Of a stretch of DNA of 34,009 nucleotides, positions 11,001 to 20,831 are shown piece after piece. The stretch comes from Priapulus caudatus. Its lineage: Eukaryota. How positions within the stretch are numbered: the first letter of the stretch is position 1; each line of letters begins with the position of its first letter. The notes beneath the pieces are model-generated. The model searched no databases and was not told the DNA's origin. It saw only the letters and a list, made by a program, of their open reading frames with translations. A program made the position numbers and the translations under genes. The DNA lies in the NCBI RefSeq assembly GCF_000485595.1, contig NW_014577072.1, positions 974,818-1,008,826 on the forward strand. Reading direction: 5' to 3'.

Positions 11001-14000
11001 TTCAATACACGTTGATAATCACAATTTGACTCACCTAAACGACGGACCTCGTGTGAACAACATTGTGTAACTGTGCTCTAGCAGTGTTCACAACTGAAAT
11101 AATATCAGGAGTAGATAATAGGGAGGAGTGTGACATCAATAAACAAGGGAAATTCGTCCTTTACTAGCCTTATAATACCTACAATTTACTACCATATAGT
11201 AAATGAATTTTATACCGTCTGAATTATAGGCGCCCAATGGCGTTGGATTGATGGCCAGAAAATGGAGAATCGTGTCGTACGTTTTAGGCTGTATCTCCGG
11301 ATTGCGGGTGTCTACGAGGAAACGATTTCGCACGATGATTGGCGAATGTACTGTGTCCGATTTGAGCTCAAGTTGGATGAGTTACGTGTAGTAAATCGTA
11401 GGTATTACAGGCTTTCAGATTTGAAAAGTACAGGAGGACTACTAATGACTCCCCTAGGACACCATAGGGGGACTTTTCACGCTCCATAATCACACCCTTA
11501 AGAGACATGATGAAGAGCTCCACTAAAAAATCACACCCTTAAGAGGCATGATGGAGAGCTCCACTAAAAATCACACCTTTAAAAGGGATGATGGAGAGCT
11601 CCTTGAGGGCTCTCCATCATGCCTCTTGGGGTGTGATGATGGAATCATGACCAATCCTCAGTCTAGAGTGAAATCCAAAACGAAAATTGGGATGTCATGT
11701 CAATCTACTGATTATCATTCATCTTCACCTTCATTCATTCAATGGCTTCGTCAGGATTACATTCTTTTCATCCAACACTAGCACACAGATTAATAAAAGA
11801 GTTGATCGGATGTAAAAATAAACTTGTTTTATTTATTCTGATTTCCATCCTTAGAGATTCTAATCCATGTACCTGCATATTTCAGCACAAAATATCATCA
11901 CAATCCATCAACAAACTAGCCAAATTACTCGTACGTAGTAGCCACGTATGTAGCCCCTCCAGCCCTACGACTGTTTCACGTCGGCAGAAAACCACTTCTC
12001 GCCACGTATAGTAGAAAACGAGCAGGTAACTTGTGGCTACCGTATAGGTACCTGTATTTGGATGCTGTTGTTTAGTTGTATTTATATATATATATATATA
12101 AACCAGAGGGTAGTAACCAGACCTGTACCTCTGCCATACGTTCAGTCACTTAAACACCACAAATTGTTGTGTGTTGCTAACCTTTTTGTACCCCCCTACA
12201 TTGAGAACCCTATGGAGCGCTATTTCACCATAATATACATACTTTTGGTGCGCGATTTCAACCACTTTTATGAGGCGCGATGATGCGCGCACCATGGCAC
12301 AATTTCGGGTGCGCGGTGGAGCGCGAGCGCGATCGCGCCCATTAAAAATGAAAGCCTGGTATTATAAGGCTAGTAAATGACGAATTTCCCTTGTTTATTG
12401 ATGTCAGACTCCTCCCTATTATCTACTCCTGATAATATGCTACACTACAAGCAGTGTAATATAATGTAACCAACCAAAACGTGCAATTTCTACAATCAAA
12501 CACAACAATCGCACCGTTGATACATCAATCGAGAATAGCGATAGCACGATAGCAAATATACCTCTCGTTTCGTTGCCAGCAAACCAGTCGCCTCTCTGCA
12601 TCGTTCGTCTGCCTCGTTATATGCACGCTTCATCTGCTCCAGCTGCGTGGCTTTCAGAAAGAATTTGTACTTATCGGAGGCATTCTTAGAGTTGAGAAAG
12701 TTGCGGCTCGTCTCCTGGTTGAGAACGCTGATCGGATTGTCCACCTGAATGTTGAACTGCTCCATGAGGTGAGTCAACTCATCTCGCTTTGTACTTATCA
12801 GGTCGCCTGGCCGCCCGCGAAACCAACACGAGTTATAAACAACCAAAGTTATAACTTTGCACAAAATCATTAGGACCAATTACAGCCAACCACATATATC
12901 CTGTATTTATTTATAACGTTCAATTTATGTACGGTAACCCTTTTTCAATTCTTCCAATTTCCCCCAATTTCTTCTGACCTGTACGAATAACACAAGTGTA
13001 ACCACAAGGGAGAAAATATGAATCACTAGCAATATCAGTACATTACAAAGAATTGATCCTTCAGAGTTATTGTCTAGTCACTCTTAACAAACCTGCAGCA
13101 GATGCGATATTTCTTACCTGACTTTCCTCTTAGTTTATATGAGCTGCTACCATCTTGAGTCAGTCTTCGTTCCACAGTGACCGAGTCACCATATAGGTTT
13201 GGTTTGAATGCATCGGGTCCTTTGTTACTGAGTTTAACCGTCACCTCCCCATACCTATTTCAAACGCAAGGTATAATAATTTGTATGTACACCTATATGT
13301 AAGTATATCTGTATGCATAAGAAATATAAATATACCTGTCAAATGTTAATATATAGGCTATAAAACAAAACTAGTTGGCTATAGATTTCTTCAGTGAATG
13401 ACTAATAAGTGTTTAAATGCTAGCATCTTTCAATGGGGCAATAATTATATGGGTTTATCTTAACTTTATAATTAGAGGTAGAAATGGGGCAAGTAGTACC
13501 ATGTAGAAATTGCAGTGAGGATAGTTTTTAGATATAGTTAAATACATGTATACAAATCTGGTTAACAAGCAACACAAGAAAGGACTGATTCTAGAAGAAG
13601 AAGGTATCCTCCAGAAACATGGTGGATCGAAAACACAATATATTTGTACTTCCAATAAATACCCTTTTCCAGTTTTGATAAAACTTTTAACAGATGTTCC
13701 TCGATTTGTTACGTTTGCCTTTCCTCCTAGTCCGATAACAACAGCAGTTAGGACCGCACTCTTTCCACCTGCAATAACAAAATGAGCGAGATGAATATAA
13801 TCAGATAACTACTACAGCGTGAATGTAAGCCAGCTGGTGATATACCTTTACATATCTACTAGAGACCACAGACATAAGTGACCTATATTTTATGAAACTG
13901 AAATCGTCTCTTAGGGACAATTGTATGAAATTGGCTCCAATTGATATAAAAGACATAGTTTTGTTTAAATGCTCGACAGTAAAACGACGCATGACTTACT

Positions 14001-14685
14001 TCCATTACGGCCTATGACAAAGTTCACATTTGGGCCAAAGTTGAAACTTAGGTCGTTGTGGCACATAAAATTTTTCAGTGACACTCCCTCGATTATGCCA
14101 GATTCAGCAGTTTTCTGAAACATTTCATGTAAATAAACATTCGCATTATATAAGTTAATATCAACACAAAATTTCAAACTCTAACACAATCTAATTTTTT
14201 TCACAGGACTACAAATCACAACTTTCTGTGTCACAGTCAATTATAATAAACTCTGTTATGAACTCTTCTTAATTGAACAGGTTTTTGACATTTTCTCAAA
14301 TGTAGGTAGCTGTATATCCATCTACCTGTGTCTATATATCTAGTCAGATATGGTATAGACAAGCATGCATATTAATTACTATAAAGACAATACTTGTTTA
14401 ATATTTCATTATGAATTGTCTGCCCAGGTGTTTATCTAAAAATCGCTTATACAGGAGCAGTTACATGCTGGTGAATGTTTGCTGGAAGCATGAGCATTCC
14501 AGATTTTCTTTCACCAAATTTATGGAGCACACCACTTGTATCAGTGGCAATAACAAACTCACCGTTGTAACCAAGGTAAAACCTGGACGTCTATCCGACT
14601 GATCATGTTCATTATCAGGATCAGGACGACAAGACTGCTTGGGAGCTGGGTGCTCAGTGACGGAATTAGCCTTCCTCTTTGGCAT
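3426..14685 (-). CDS. SMC6: Structural maintenance of chromosomes protein 6 (20 coding exons)
   Basis: Exons: 14563-14685, 14000-14114, 13663-13768, 13118-13254, 12562-12806, 10814-10951, 9998-10078, 9603-9749, 9350-9438, 8550-8714, 8209-8387, 7413-7813, 6785-7203, 6311-6506, 5693-5808, 5380-5482, 5068-5226, ~4548-4755 (noisy), 3690-3787, 3426-3555. Phases are consistent. Motifs: LKNFMCH, Walker A GRNGSGKS, Q-loop [14 protein letters not shown], hinge KPRGPIG, RSLSG signature, Walker [24 protein letters not shown]-terminal PERGQ. Confidence 0.96.
3690..3787 (-). CDS. SMC6: SMC6 exon 19
   Basis: tttcag|[32 protein letters not shown]|gtcagt. Confidence 0.92.
3806..4547 (-). repeat. ~30-bp minisatellite with 88-bp (30+30+28) higher-order unit filling SMC6 intron 18
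   Basis: ACTAGGAGAC recurs at 3961, 4049, 4137 and 4225; copies are degenerate or noisy toward both ends. Confidence 0.93.
4548..4755 (-). CDS. SMC6: SMC6 exon 18 (ABC signature + Walker B), with apparent indel errors
   Basis: RSLSG..., CFVL..WDAM and CTG GAC (C) GAG TAC GAC GTC TAC ATG = LDEYDVYM are recognisable across frameshifts. Confidence 0.75.
4981..5056. repeat. (CT)n microsatellite at the start of SMC6 intron 17
   Basis: Directly visible. Confidence 0.97.
5068..5226 (-). CDS. SMC6: SMC6 exon 17
   Basis: cgcag|[10 protein letters not shown]...[15 protein letters not shown]|gtgagt. Confidence 0.9.
5380..5482 (-). CDS. SMC6: SMC6 exon 16
   Basis: tacag|[14 protein letters not shown]...ELLK|gtgggt. 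Confidence 0.88.
5693..5808 (-). CDS. SMC6: SMC6 exon 15
   Basis: tttttag|[38 protein letters not shown]|gtgagt. Confidence 0.9.
6311..6506 (-). CDS. SMC6: SMC6 exon 14 (coiled coil)
   Basis: ggcag|[11 protein letters not shown]...KTKVE|gtacct. Confidence 0.88.
6785..7203 (-). CDS. SMC6: SMC6 exon 13
   Basis: ctcag|[12 protein letters not shown]...DIATLEEE...EALN|gtatgt. Confidence 0.92.
7413..7813 (-). CDS. SMC6: SMC6 exon 12 (hinge)
   Basis: ttgtag|[20 protein letters not shown]...[12 protein letters not shown]|gtctgt. Confidence 0.93.
7980..8154. repeat. Near-perfect foldback palindrome (~80-bp arms, ~11-nt loop); probable hairpin MITE
   Basis: AAACGACATTCCTAAACAAGTAAATCTTAGAAGC...GGCAA is mirrored exactly by TTGCC...GAATGTCGTTT. 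Confidence 0.9.
8209..8387 (-). CDS. SMC6: SMC6 exon 11
   Basis: tttttag|[11 protein letters not shown]...[10 protein letters not shown]...KPRGPI|gtgcgt. Confidence 0.92.
8550..8714 (-). CDS. SMC6: SMC6 exon 10 (ends at a GC donor)
   Basis: attcag|[14 protein letters not shown]...[10 protein letters not shown]|gcatga. Confidence 0.85.
8861..9225. mobile_element. hAT-like MITE
   Basis: TIR TAGGGCACGAAATT / AATTTCGTGCCCTG; subterminal GCCGG and GGGCTGGTAA repeats. Only CTTAT (5 bp) is duplicated in the flanks, not a full 8-bp TSD. Confidence 0.75.
9350..9438 (-). CDS. SMC6: SMC6 exon 9
   Basis: ctacag|[29 protein letters not shown]|gtaagc. Confidence 0.9.
9603..9749 (-). CDS. SMC6: SMC6 exon 8
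   Basis: cctaag|[20 protein letters not shown]...IRTHQ|gtatgg. Confidence 0.88.
9845..9997 (-). repeat. 9/18-bp tandem repeat (GTAAGTATA/GTAAGTAGT)n starting exactly at the intron 7 donor
   Basis: 17 nine-base units, 13 of which begin with a perfect GTAAGT. Confidence 0.95.
9998..10078 (-). CDS. SMC6: SMC6 exon 7
   Basis: tcatag|[27 protein letters not shown]|gtaagt. Confidence 0.87.
10620..10731. mobile_element. Possible short Harbinger-type MITE remnant
   Basis: GGCCACCC...GGATGGCC termini flanked by TCA on both sides. Confidence 0.45.
10814..10951 (-). CDS. SMC6: SMC6 exon 6
   Basis: catcag|[12 protein letters not shown]...[15 protein letters not shown]|gtgagg. Confidence 0.92.
11106..12431. 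mobile_element. Long-TIR MITE (CAGG...CCTG) with 7-bp TSD, carrying a nested insertion
   Basis: 74-bp inverted repeats at 11106-11179 and 12358-12431 (2 mismatches); ATAATAT at 11099-11105 and 12432-12438. Confidence 0.88.
11408..12358. mobile_element. Nested hAT-like non-autonomous element
   Basis: TIR CAGGCTTTCA / TGAAAGCCTG; GTATTA on both flanks; it interrupts the right TIR of the outer element. Confidence 0.72.
12562..12806 (-). CDS. SMC6: SMC6 exon 5 (Q-loop)
   Basis: gccag|[10 protein letters not shown]...[21 protein letters not shown]...[14 protein letters not shown]...KRE|gtatat. Confidence 0.94.
13118..13254 (-). CDS. SMC6: SMC6 exon 4
   Basis: aatag|[45 protein letters not shown]|gtaaga. 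Confidence 0.93.
13663..13768 (-). CDS. SMC6: SMC6 exon 3 (Walker A second half)
   Basis: ttgcag|[34 protein letters not shown]|gtattt. Confidence 0.94.
14000..14114 (-). CDS. SMC6: SMC6 exon 2
   Basis: tttcag|[38 protein letters not shown]|gtaagt. Confidence 0.94.
14563..14685 (-). CDS. SMC6: SMC6 first coding exon (basic NLS-like start MPKRKA)
   Basis: ATG at 14685; phase-0 donor ACG|gtgagt; a probable acceptor tttaacctag| lies 51 nt upstream (exon would start at 14736). Confidence 0.75.
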
Positions 14686-14791
14686 TGTCAAGCCAACCTC
14701 AGAATAGGCCGTATATTAATATGACAGGCCTTCAACCTAGGTTAAACAAAAACATTTTTTTTATTATTGTTGTTGTTGGTATTATTCATAT

Positions 14792-15990
14792 AAAACAAGT
14801 GCCGCTGAGCGACAGCGCTCATCTAACGTCTACTGCGGTGACTCTGTGGTGGAGTGGTGGGATTCTAGTAAACCCTGTTAGTCCCAAATGTGTTCACATA
14901 CGCGCCGAAACAGTGGAAGGCACAGGGATAGTATCAGGAACCTTCTCAAAGGAATGTTCGTTGGTATCGTTATGAAAGTTGCCACGAGATGGCGCGTACG
15001 TTTAAGTGTCTCAAGATTAAAGATGGAAACTCCCATTGTACGTAGTAGCAGCAACTATTTGCAAGACAGAATAGGTAAGCACTCATCCATTTACCTACGC
15101 AAGCCTACAGGCTGAAATAGAGAGCTGCCACCTGTAACTAATTAACGCAGGCACTACACAGTACTATCACCGCCACATGTACTAGGCAGTGGCCACTGCG
15201 GCAGTGGCATAAGTTACAATATGTAACACCACTGACAGTACAGAATGCCATAAAATATATCGACTTTAAGCGAGCATATAACCTTCTTCAAGCCAAATTA
15301 GCTTCTTGAAATTTTATGTGACATGTAGCCTACAACATCCAGGCATGATAGAATTCTACTAGCAAAGCACGGCAGTTCAAATTCTTTCTAACACTAACAG
15401 ACAGTAAACAAATCCATGTTTGAAGCCCCTCCCTCTTTGAGGGTCAAAAGAGTTATCGGACCACTTACTCTTCCGCATCAGTCACAGAAAGTACATACTC
15501 ATGCGTCCTTTCATAAAGCCATAAAAATTAGGTCAGCAGCTTGAAACAAAAAATTTTTCAATCGCCATCGGTCCAGACCCATGTCCTCAGAAAATGGTCT
15601 AAATCTGCCCTGTGCCTCATTGTACCTTGACACTGTACCTTCCAATTTTGGCACGTGAGCTTTTCCTACCAGATGCCTAATATACACCCCGACTATCGCA
15701 CGAGCCTAATAGTCCGAGCCATTAGATTGCTGCCGCAATTCGCATTTCCTCCCTATAACCTTAAGTTAAGGAGTGAATGTTCCACTTCTCTACACCTCTG
15801 CACATTGACCTTTGACACCCACTTTGACATCCCAAACTCGTTCGGATTACCCCCCACGTACTCGAATATCATGACCGTACGTCGAGCGTTATGATTTGTG
15901 CTCAAACTGTTAGACGGACTAAACGCCGCACAGGACGGACGCATCATGCGATCTACAAGCTGCATCTGACTATTCAGATTGAGCGAAAAA
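14792..15990 (-). mobile_element. Non-autonomous Helentron (HINE/DINE-1-like) copy 1
   Basis: On the minus strand: TTTT-GCTCA(A)TCTGA..TCAGATGCAGCT 5' subTIR plus inverted copy, a (GTCC)-type microsatellite, a 3' subTIR TTAGATGAGC, a GAGCG-ctgt-CGCTC hairpin and a CTTGTTT end. T-run flanks, no TSD. Confidence 0.82.
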
Positions 15991-16269
15991 TCTCGTAACT
16001 CCGCCGTGAGTAGCGCTCCCTGGCAGGTATGCTAAACCAGGGTAATTGCCTTTTTAATTTAAAAATCCCTTTACTGGCTATTAATTAGTTTGGCCTAATG
16101 GAACATATTCGTAATACGGCGACGCCCTGCATGTGAAAATATACATGATCCAATTGGACAGGGCTCGGTGCAGCTGAGCTTAGAACCAGGGAGGCCTTGA
16201 ACCAAGATGCAATTCACAACATTACAAATTTATGTAATAAACGTGCAGTGTGCTCGGTTATACCCAAAA

Positions 16270-17330
16270 CCACAGATTATTTTTGCAAATTACTTATTAT
16301 AAAAGAAGCAAGGGTGTTAGTAGCGGCAAATCCGAAGAAAGTTACAATTTCATGACTGACAGACACCCCATTAGTTGCCATGCCTCAGCACAACTACAAG
16401 GACACTAGAGAGGCAACTGCGGTGTTGTAGTCCGAGTCGAACACCCCAGTTCGAGTCCGAGTCCGCACCCCCCCCACCCCCGCCCCCTGAGTCCCGAGTA
16501 CCCGAGTCCGAATCCGAGTCCCGAGTCCGTGCCACCCGAGCCGAGTGCCACACAACCAGAGCTACGAGCCAGTTAGATTTTTTTTAAAAGGCGAAAAAAT
16601 CGGAAAAAGGGAAAAAGTCGGGGAAAAAAGCGGAAAAGGAAAAATCAGGGAAAAAGGGAAAATCGTAACAAAAGAGAAAAAGGCGAAAAATCGCCAACAG
16701 TGCATCGTAGACATTCAAAAGTGTATAGTCAGCCCGAAAACACATAAGACCACAAGTCATACGAAACGTGTCAAAGTAACAGATCCATTGTGTTTACGAA
16801 AATGACACGCGCTGTTGAACCAAATGAAAGAGCCTAGTGCTTCGAATGCCGTAGAAAAGCGCAAAGAGGACAAAGTGCTGCAGACTTCATTAAACCAAAA
16901 AAGGACAGAATCTAATCGACGCGCATGAAAACTTACAAGATTAGGCCATGTTATCTAGAAAACCTAGAAGTTTTAGTTTTAAAATTATTGGTAAAACTGC
17001 GTGCTTACAATAGCTACATGTTTGTACTATGTATGTAGTGGCGCTCGACTCCGAGGCGGTCATCGCACTCCCGAGCCAAGGGACCGAGACCGAACCAGGA
17101 AAACGCGTCTCAGACCTACAACACTGGCCAAACTGACTCACTCCATATAGAAGAAAGTGCGCCGTAATAGAACTGCGCGTCATCAGCAAAGAGGCGAATA
17201 GGATAGAGGAAGTCAGTTTGGCAACAAATCATTTTGAAAGAATAAACAACAATGATCAATGACTAAGCACACACCGCATAGTTGGTATGACCAATGTGGA
17301 CAGGCAAGCACTGCTATCCTGATCCTTGAT
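16270..17330 (-). mobile_element. Decayed CR1/L2-group LINE reverse transcriptase fragment, interrupted by a hAT MITE
   Basis: IRLFADDA at ~17178-17199, an upstream LFI..NDL-like segment and a downstream W...WG...HE.C.LLRI segment; many indels. Confidence 0.7.
16420..17126. mobile_element. hAT MITE (copy a)
   Basis: TIR C(G/A)GTGTTGTAG / CTACAACACTG; subterminal GAGTCC/GAGACC hexamers; noisy GCCAACTG TSD. Confidence 0.8.
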
Positions 17331-17410
17331 CGAAAGCTTCTTAGAGCTGTATGCCCTCTTGTTAGTAGCTACTTGTATTGCTAAGTCTCATAGTAATGGC
17401 CACATGTATT

Positions 17411-18628
17411 TACAAGTGCCGATGCATAGCGACGCGCTACATCTAACGTCTATCTGCATGACTCTGTGGTGGAGTGGTGGGATTCTTAGTAAACCCTGTT
17501 AGTCCCAAATTGGTTCCACAAACACCGCACGAAACAGTGGAACTGCACAGCGATGCTAATCAGGAAACCTTCTCAAAAAGAATGTTCGTTTGGCATCGTT
17601 AGAAAGTTGCCACGAGATGGATGCGTACGTTTAAGTTCTCAGATTAAAGATGGAAAGCCCGCATCATCATTGTAGTAGCAAACAACATCTGCCAAGACAG
17701 AATAGGTAAGCACTCATCCCATTTACCTGACGCCAAAGCCATACAGGCCTGCGCAATTACTAGAGAGCTGCCACCTGCCCCAACCAATAGGCAAAAACTC
17801 CACAGTACCCACAACACATGCACTGGCAGTGGCATACGCTTACATGCTAACATAGATGACACTAGACAAGAATGCATATAATTGATACGATTTAAGGAGG
17901 GCATAAACCTTCTTTAAACAAAATTAGGCTTTGGAAATTCACTGTGACATGTAGCCTCATACATCCAGCACGTAAAATACGATTCTGACTAGCAAACCGG
18001 CAGTCAGAATTCTTTCGTAACAGACCAGTCAACAAATCCATGTTAACCCTACCTCGTTGAGGCGTCAAAAGGTTATCAGATCACTGTATACTCTTCGTCA
18101 CGTTCAGTGGAGAAGCAGATTTCATGCCTTTCAATAAAGCCATAAAAAATGATAGGTCACCGCTGAAAACAAAAAAGTTTTCAATCGCTCGGTCAGACTC
18201 AGTCCTTCAGAAAATGGCTAAAGCTGCCCTCTGTGCTCCTATATGACCTTTGACCTGTGACCAAGGCCTCAATTTCGGCAGCAGTGATGGCTTTTCCTAC
18301 CAATGATGCTATATCACCGACTATCACGAGCGCAGCGTCGAGCGTCGTTTAGATTTGTGCCGCAATTCTGTCATTGTCCTCCCTATACCTTAAGTAAAGG
18401 ATGAATGTTCCCCTTCTTTTACACCTCTTGACCTTTGACTGCTTGACCCCCAGCTTCGACATCCCAACATCGTTTTACGGATCCCCCCAACGAACCCAAA
18501 TTCGTGACCGGACGTCGAGCGCTCGTTAAGATTTGTGCCCACTGGTGACGGACGGACCGGACGACGCGGACGACGCGGACGATCAAGCGATCTACAAGCT
18601 GCATCTGACCTATGTCAGATGACTAAAA
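17411..18628 (-). mobile_element. HINE/Helentron copy 2
   Basis: Colinear with copy 1 from ACAAGTGCC to GCATCTGAC..GTCAGATGA.CTAAAA. Confidence 0.8.
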
Positions 18629-18877
18629 CCGGTAAAAACTGTAGGATGGCGCTGGCCGTTAAATGGTGTGGACGGCCGAGTAACGAACTCAGCCAGAGCC
18701 TATGCTCCTAATGCTATTATCACAAACAATTTCTGAATCTATCCGTCATAAAGTAAGAAATCAGTTTAACTTAGGTAGTAAATAAGTAATATGCCAACCG
18801 TAAGTGACTAAAGTTTGAAATTAAGCGAGAGATCCGTGCAGAGAACCCCTTAATCATTCCTTGCCAAGATAATTGAA

Positions 18878-20007
18878 ATCAACAGTTCTGCGAACAAATC
18901 TACCGCCTCGACGCTACGGTACGATATCGAGGACGTGGGGGGTAACCGAAAACGAGGGGGTTTGGATGTCAAAGCTGGGGCGTCAAAGGTCAAATAGTCA
19001 AGCAGAGTGTAAAAAGAGGGGAAATTCACTTCCTTAACATTAAGGTATAGGGAGGAAATGCCAGAATTGCGGCACAAATCTTAATATGGTCTCGACCTAG
19101 CCTGCGGAAATAGGTCGGTGTATATAAGCCATCATGGTAGGAAAAGCCATCACAGTGCCAAAATTGGAGTCAGCAAGGTCAAAAGTCAATGAGCATCAGG
19201 GCAGATTTTAGACATTTCTGAGGCATGGTCTGACGGAAGCGATTTGAAAACTATTTTGTTTCAGCTGTGAAAACTAGCATTTATGGCTTTAGTTGAAAGA
19301 CCATGAGAGTTACTTTCTGGGCTACATGTCGAAAGAGTAAGTGTACCGATAAACCTATGTGACCCTCAAAGGAGGGTTAAACTGGATTGTGTGACCTGTC
19401 TGTAGAAGAGATTTGACTAGCCGGTTTGGCACAGTAAGAATTTAATTTACATGCTGATGTATGAGGCTACAATGCACAGGCAAAATCAAAAAGCTAAAGT
19501 TGGTTGAAGAAGTGTTATATGGCCTCGCTTAAACTCTATAAATTTCTATCGGCATTCTGTACTGTCAGTGTGTTACATATGTAACTTATGCCACTGCAGT
19601 GGGCCACTACCAGTACATGTGGCGGTGATAGTACTGTGTAGTGCCTGCGTTAATTAGTTACAGGTGGCAGCTCTCTATTTCAGCCTGTAGGCTTGCGTAG
19701 GTAAATGGATGAGTGCTTATACCTATTCTGTCTTGCAAATAGTTGCTGCTACTACGTACAATGGGAGTTTCCATCTTTAATCTTGAGACACTTAAACGTA
19801 CGCGCCATCTCGTGGCAACTTTCATAACGATACCAACGAACATTCCTTCGAGAAGGTTCGATCCTGATACCATCCCTGTGCCTTACACTGTTTCGGCGCG
19901 TATGTGAACACATTTGGGACTAACAGGGTTTACTAGAATCCCACCACTCCACCACAAAGTCACCGCAGTAGACGTTAGATGAGCGCTGTCGCTCCGCGGC
20001 ACTTGTT
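18878..20007 (+). mobile_element. HINE/Helentron copy 3, inverted, lacking the microsatellite/5' end
   Basis: Reverse complement of copy 1; ends TTAGATGAGCGCTGTCGCTCCGCGGCACTTGTT. ORF 19658..19873 is nearly identical to ORF 14888..15115. Confidence 0.82.
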
Positions 20008-20359
20008 ATATGAGGTATGTTTAGGCTTAGGAGTTAGGATTAGGGTACACTTCTGTAGTACAAGTCTGGTACACTTTGTGTATACATATATATGTACCTC
20101 GGGTACATATACTATTACTAATACTATATTAGTAATAGTACTATAGTAGTTATACTACCTGATAGTGATACGACAACGAGTGAACGACCCCTTTACTTTT
20201 AGGCTCAGCGATACTAGCAGCAAAACAGGATAACTTCGCAGTTGAGGGCTTAATATATTCCTGCTGTGAATCACCACATGCTAAAACATATAAAAGATAA
20301 TTGCAGTAACGTAACGGTACATCAGTTCTTTGCCTGACAGAACAAAAATCGTGACCGTG

Positions 20360-20495
20360 ATTGTTTACGCGCGATTTTAAGCGCGTAAAAAGAAACAGTT
20401 CGAACCTTGGACGATTTCGCCGCAACTTTGCGGTAGTTGGTGTTGCCAGAGCCACGCAGCGGTCAATTTTGTACAATATGATTCGCGCGCAAAAC
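20360..20495 (-). promoter_or_regulatory. Putative CpG-rich SMC6 promoter with E2F-like site
   Basis: Local CpG enrichment; TTCGCGCGCAAAA at 20482-20494; first unique sequence upstream of the repeat block 5' of SMC6. Confidence 0.35.
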
Positions 20496-20533
20496 TGTGT
20501 GATGACAACATAGATGGATGACAACAATGTCAA

Positions 20534-20623
20534 CATAGAAATAATATAGATAACTTATATATATTATTATTATTATTTCTATCTTATTATCTATATTATA
20601 TTGTTATCTATATTATTTCTATG
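20534..20623. mobile_element. 90-bp MITE with 21-bp TIRs (CATAGA... ends, P-element-like)
   Basis: CATAGAAATAATATAGATAAC / GTTATCTATATTATTTCTATG; flanks AATGTCAA / GATGACAA (6 of 8 match). Confidence 0.7.
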
Positions 20624-20787
20624 GATGACAATGACGTTTTGCACATAAATTAGTAATATGCGCTTTATAATTTATTATCAATATCATTTCACTCGTTTAT
20701 ATTTATAACGTCGTCGATTGCCATCATTTTCACGTTGGTATATGCATCGTATATGTTTCTGCTCTTGTTTTCTTTAAGTAATGGGAC

Positions 20788-20831
20788 CACTGATCTCTAT
20801 TATACTAACGTTAGTATAATAGAGATCAGTG
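20788..20831. mobile_element. 44-bp perfect palindromic TIR-only element with 8-bp TSD
   Basis: CACTGATCTCTATTATACTAAC|GTTAGTATAATAGAGATCAGTG flanked by AATGGGAC at 20780-20787 and 20832-20839. Confidence 0.85.

Noticed and set aside
14888..15115. Repeated ORF (also 19658..19873, 29921..30148) as a conserved small protein
   Set aside because: Identity comes from copies of a non-coding HINE; the frame is not kept across copies and no Rep/helicase motifs are visible.
16371..16805. DS/G-rich and Lys-rich ORFs (also 31705..32245)
   Set aside because: Derived from GAGTCC subterminal repeats and A-rich tracts of the hAT MITE; only the tail of 31705..32094 is a LINE relic.
20021..20045. Interstitial telomere-like TTAGG(G) repeats
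   Set aside because: Only about four irregular units; such motifs are common inside MITE remnants.
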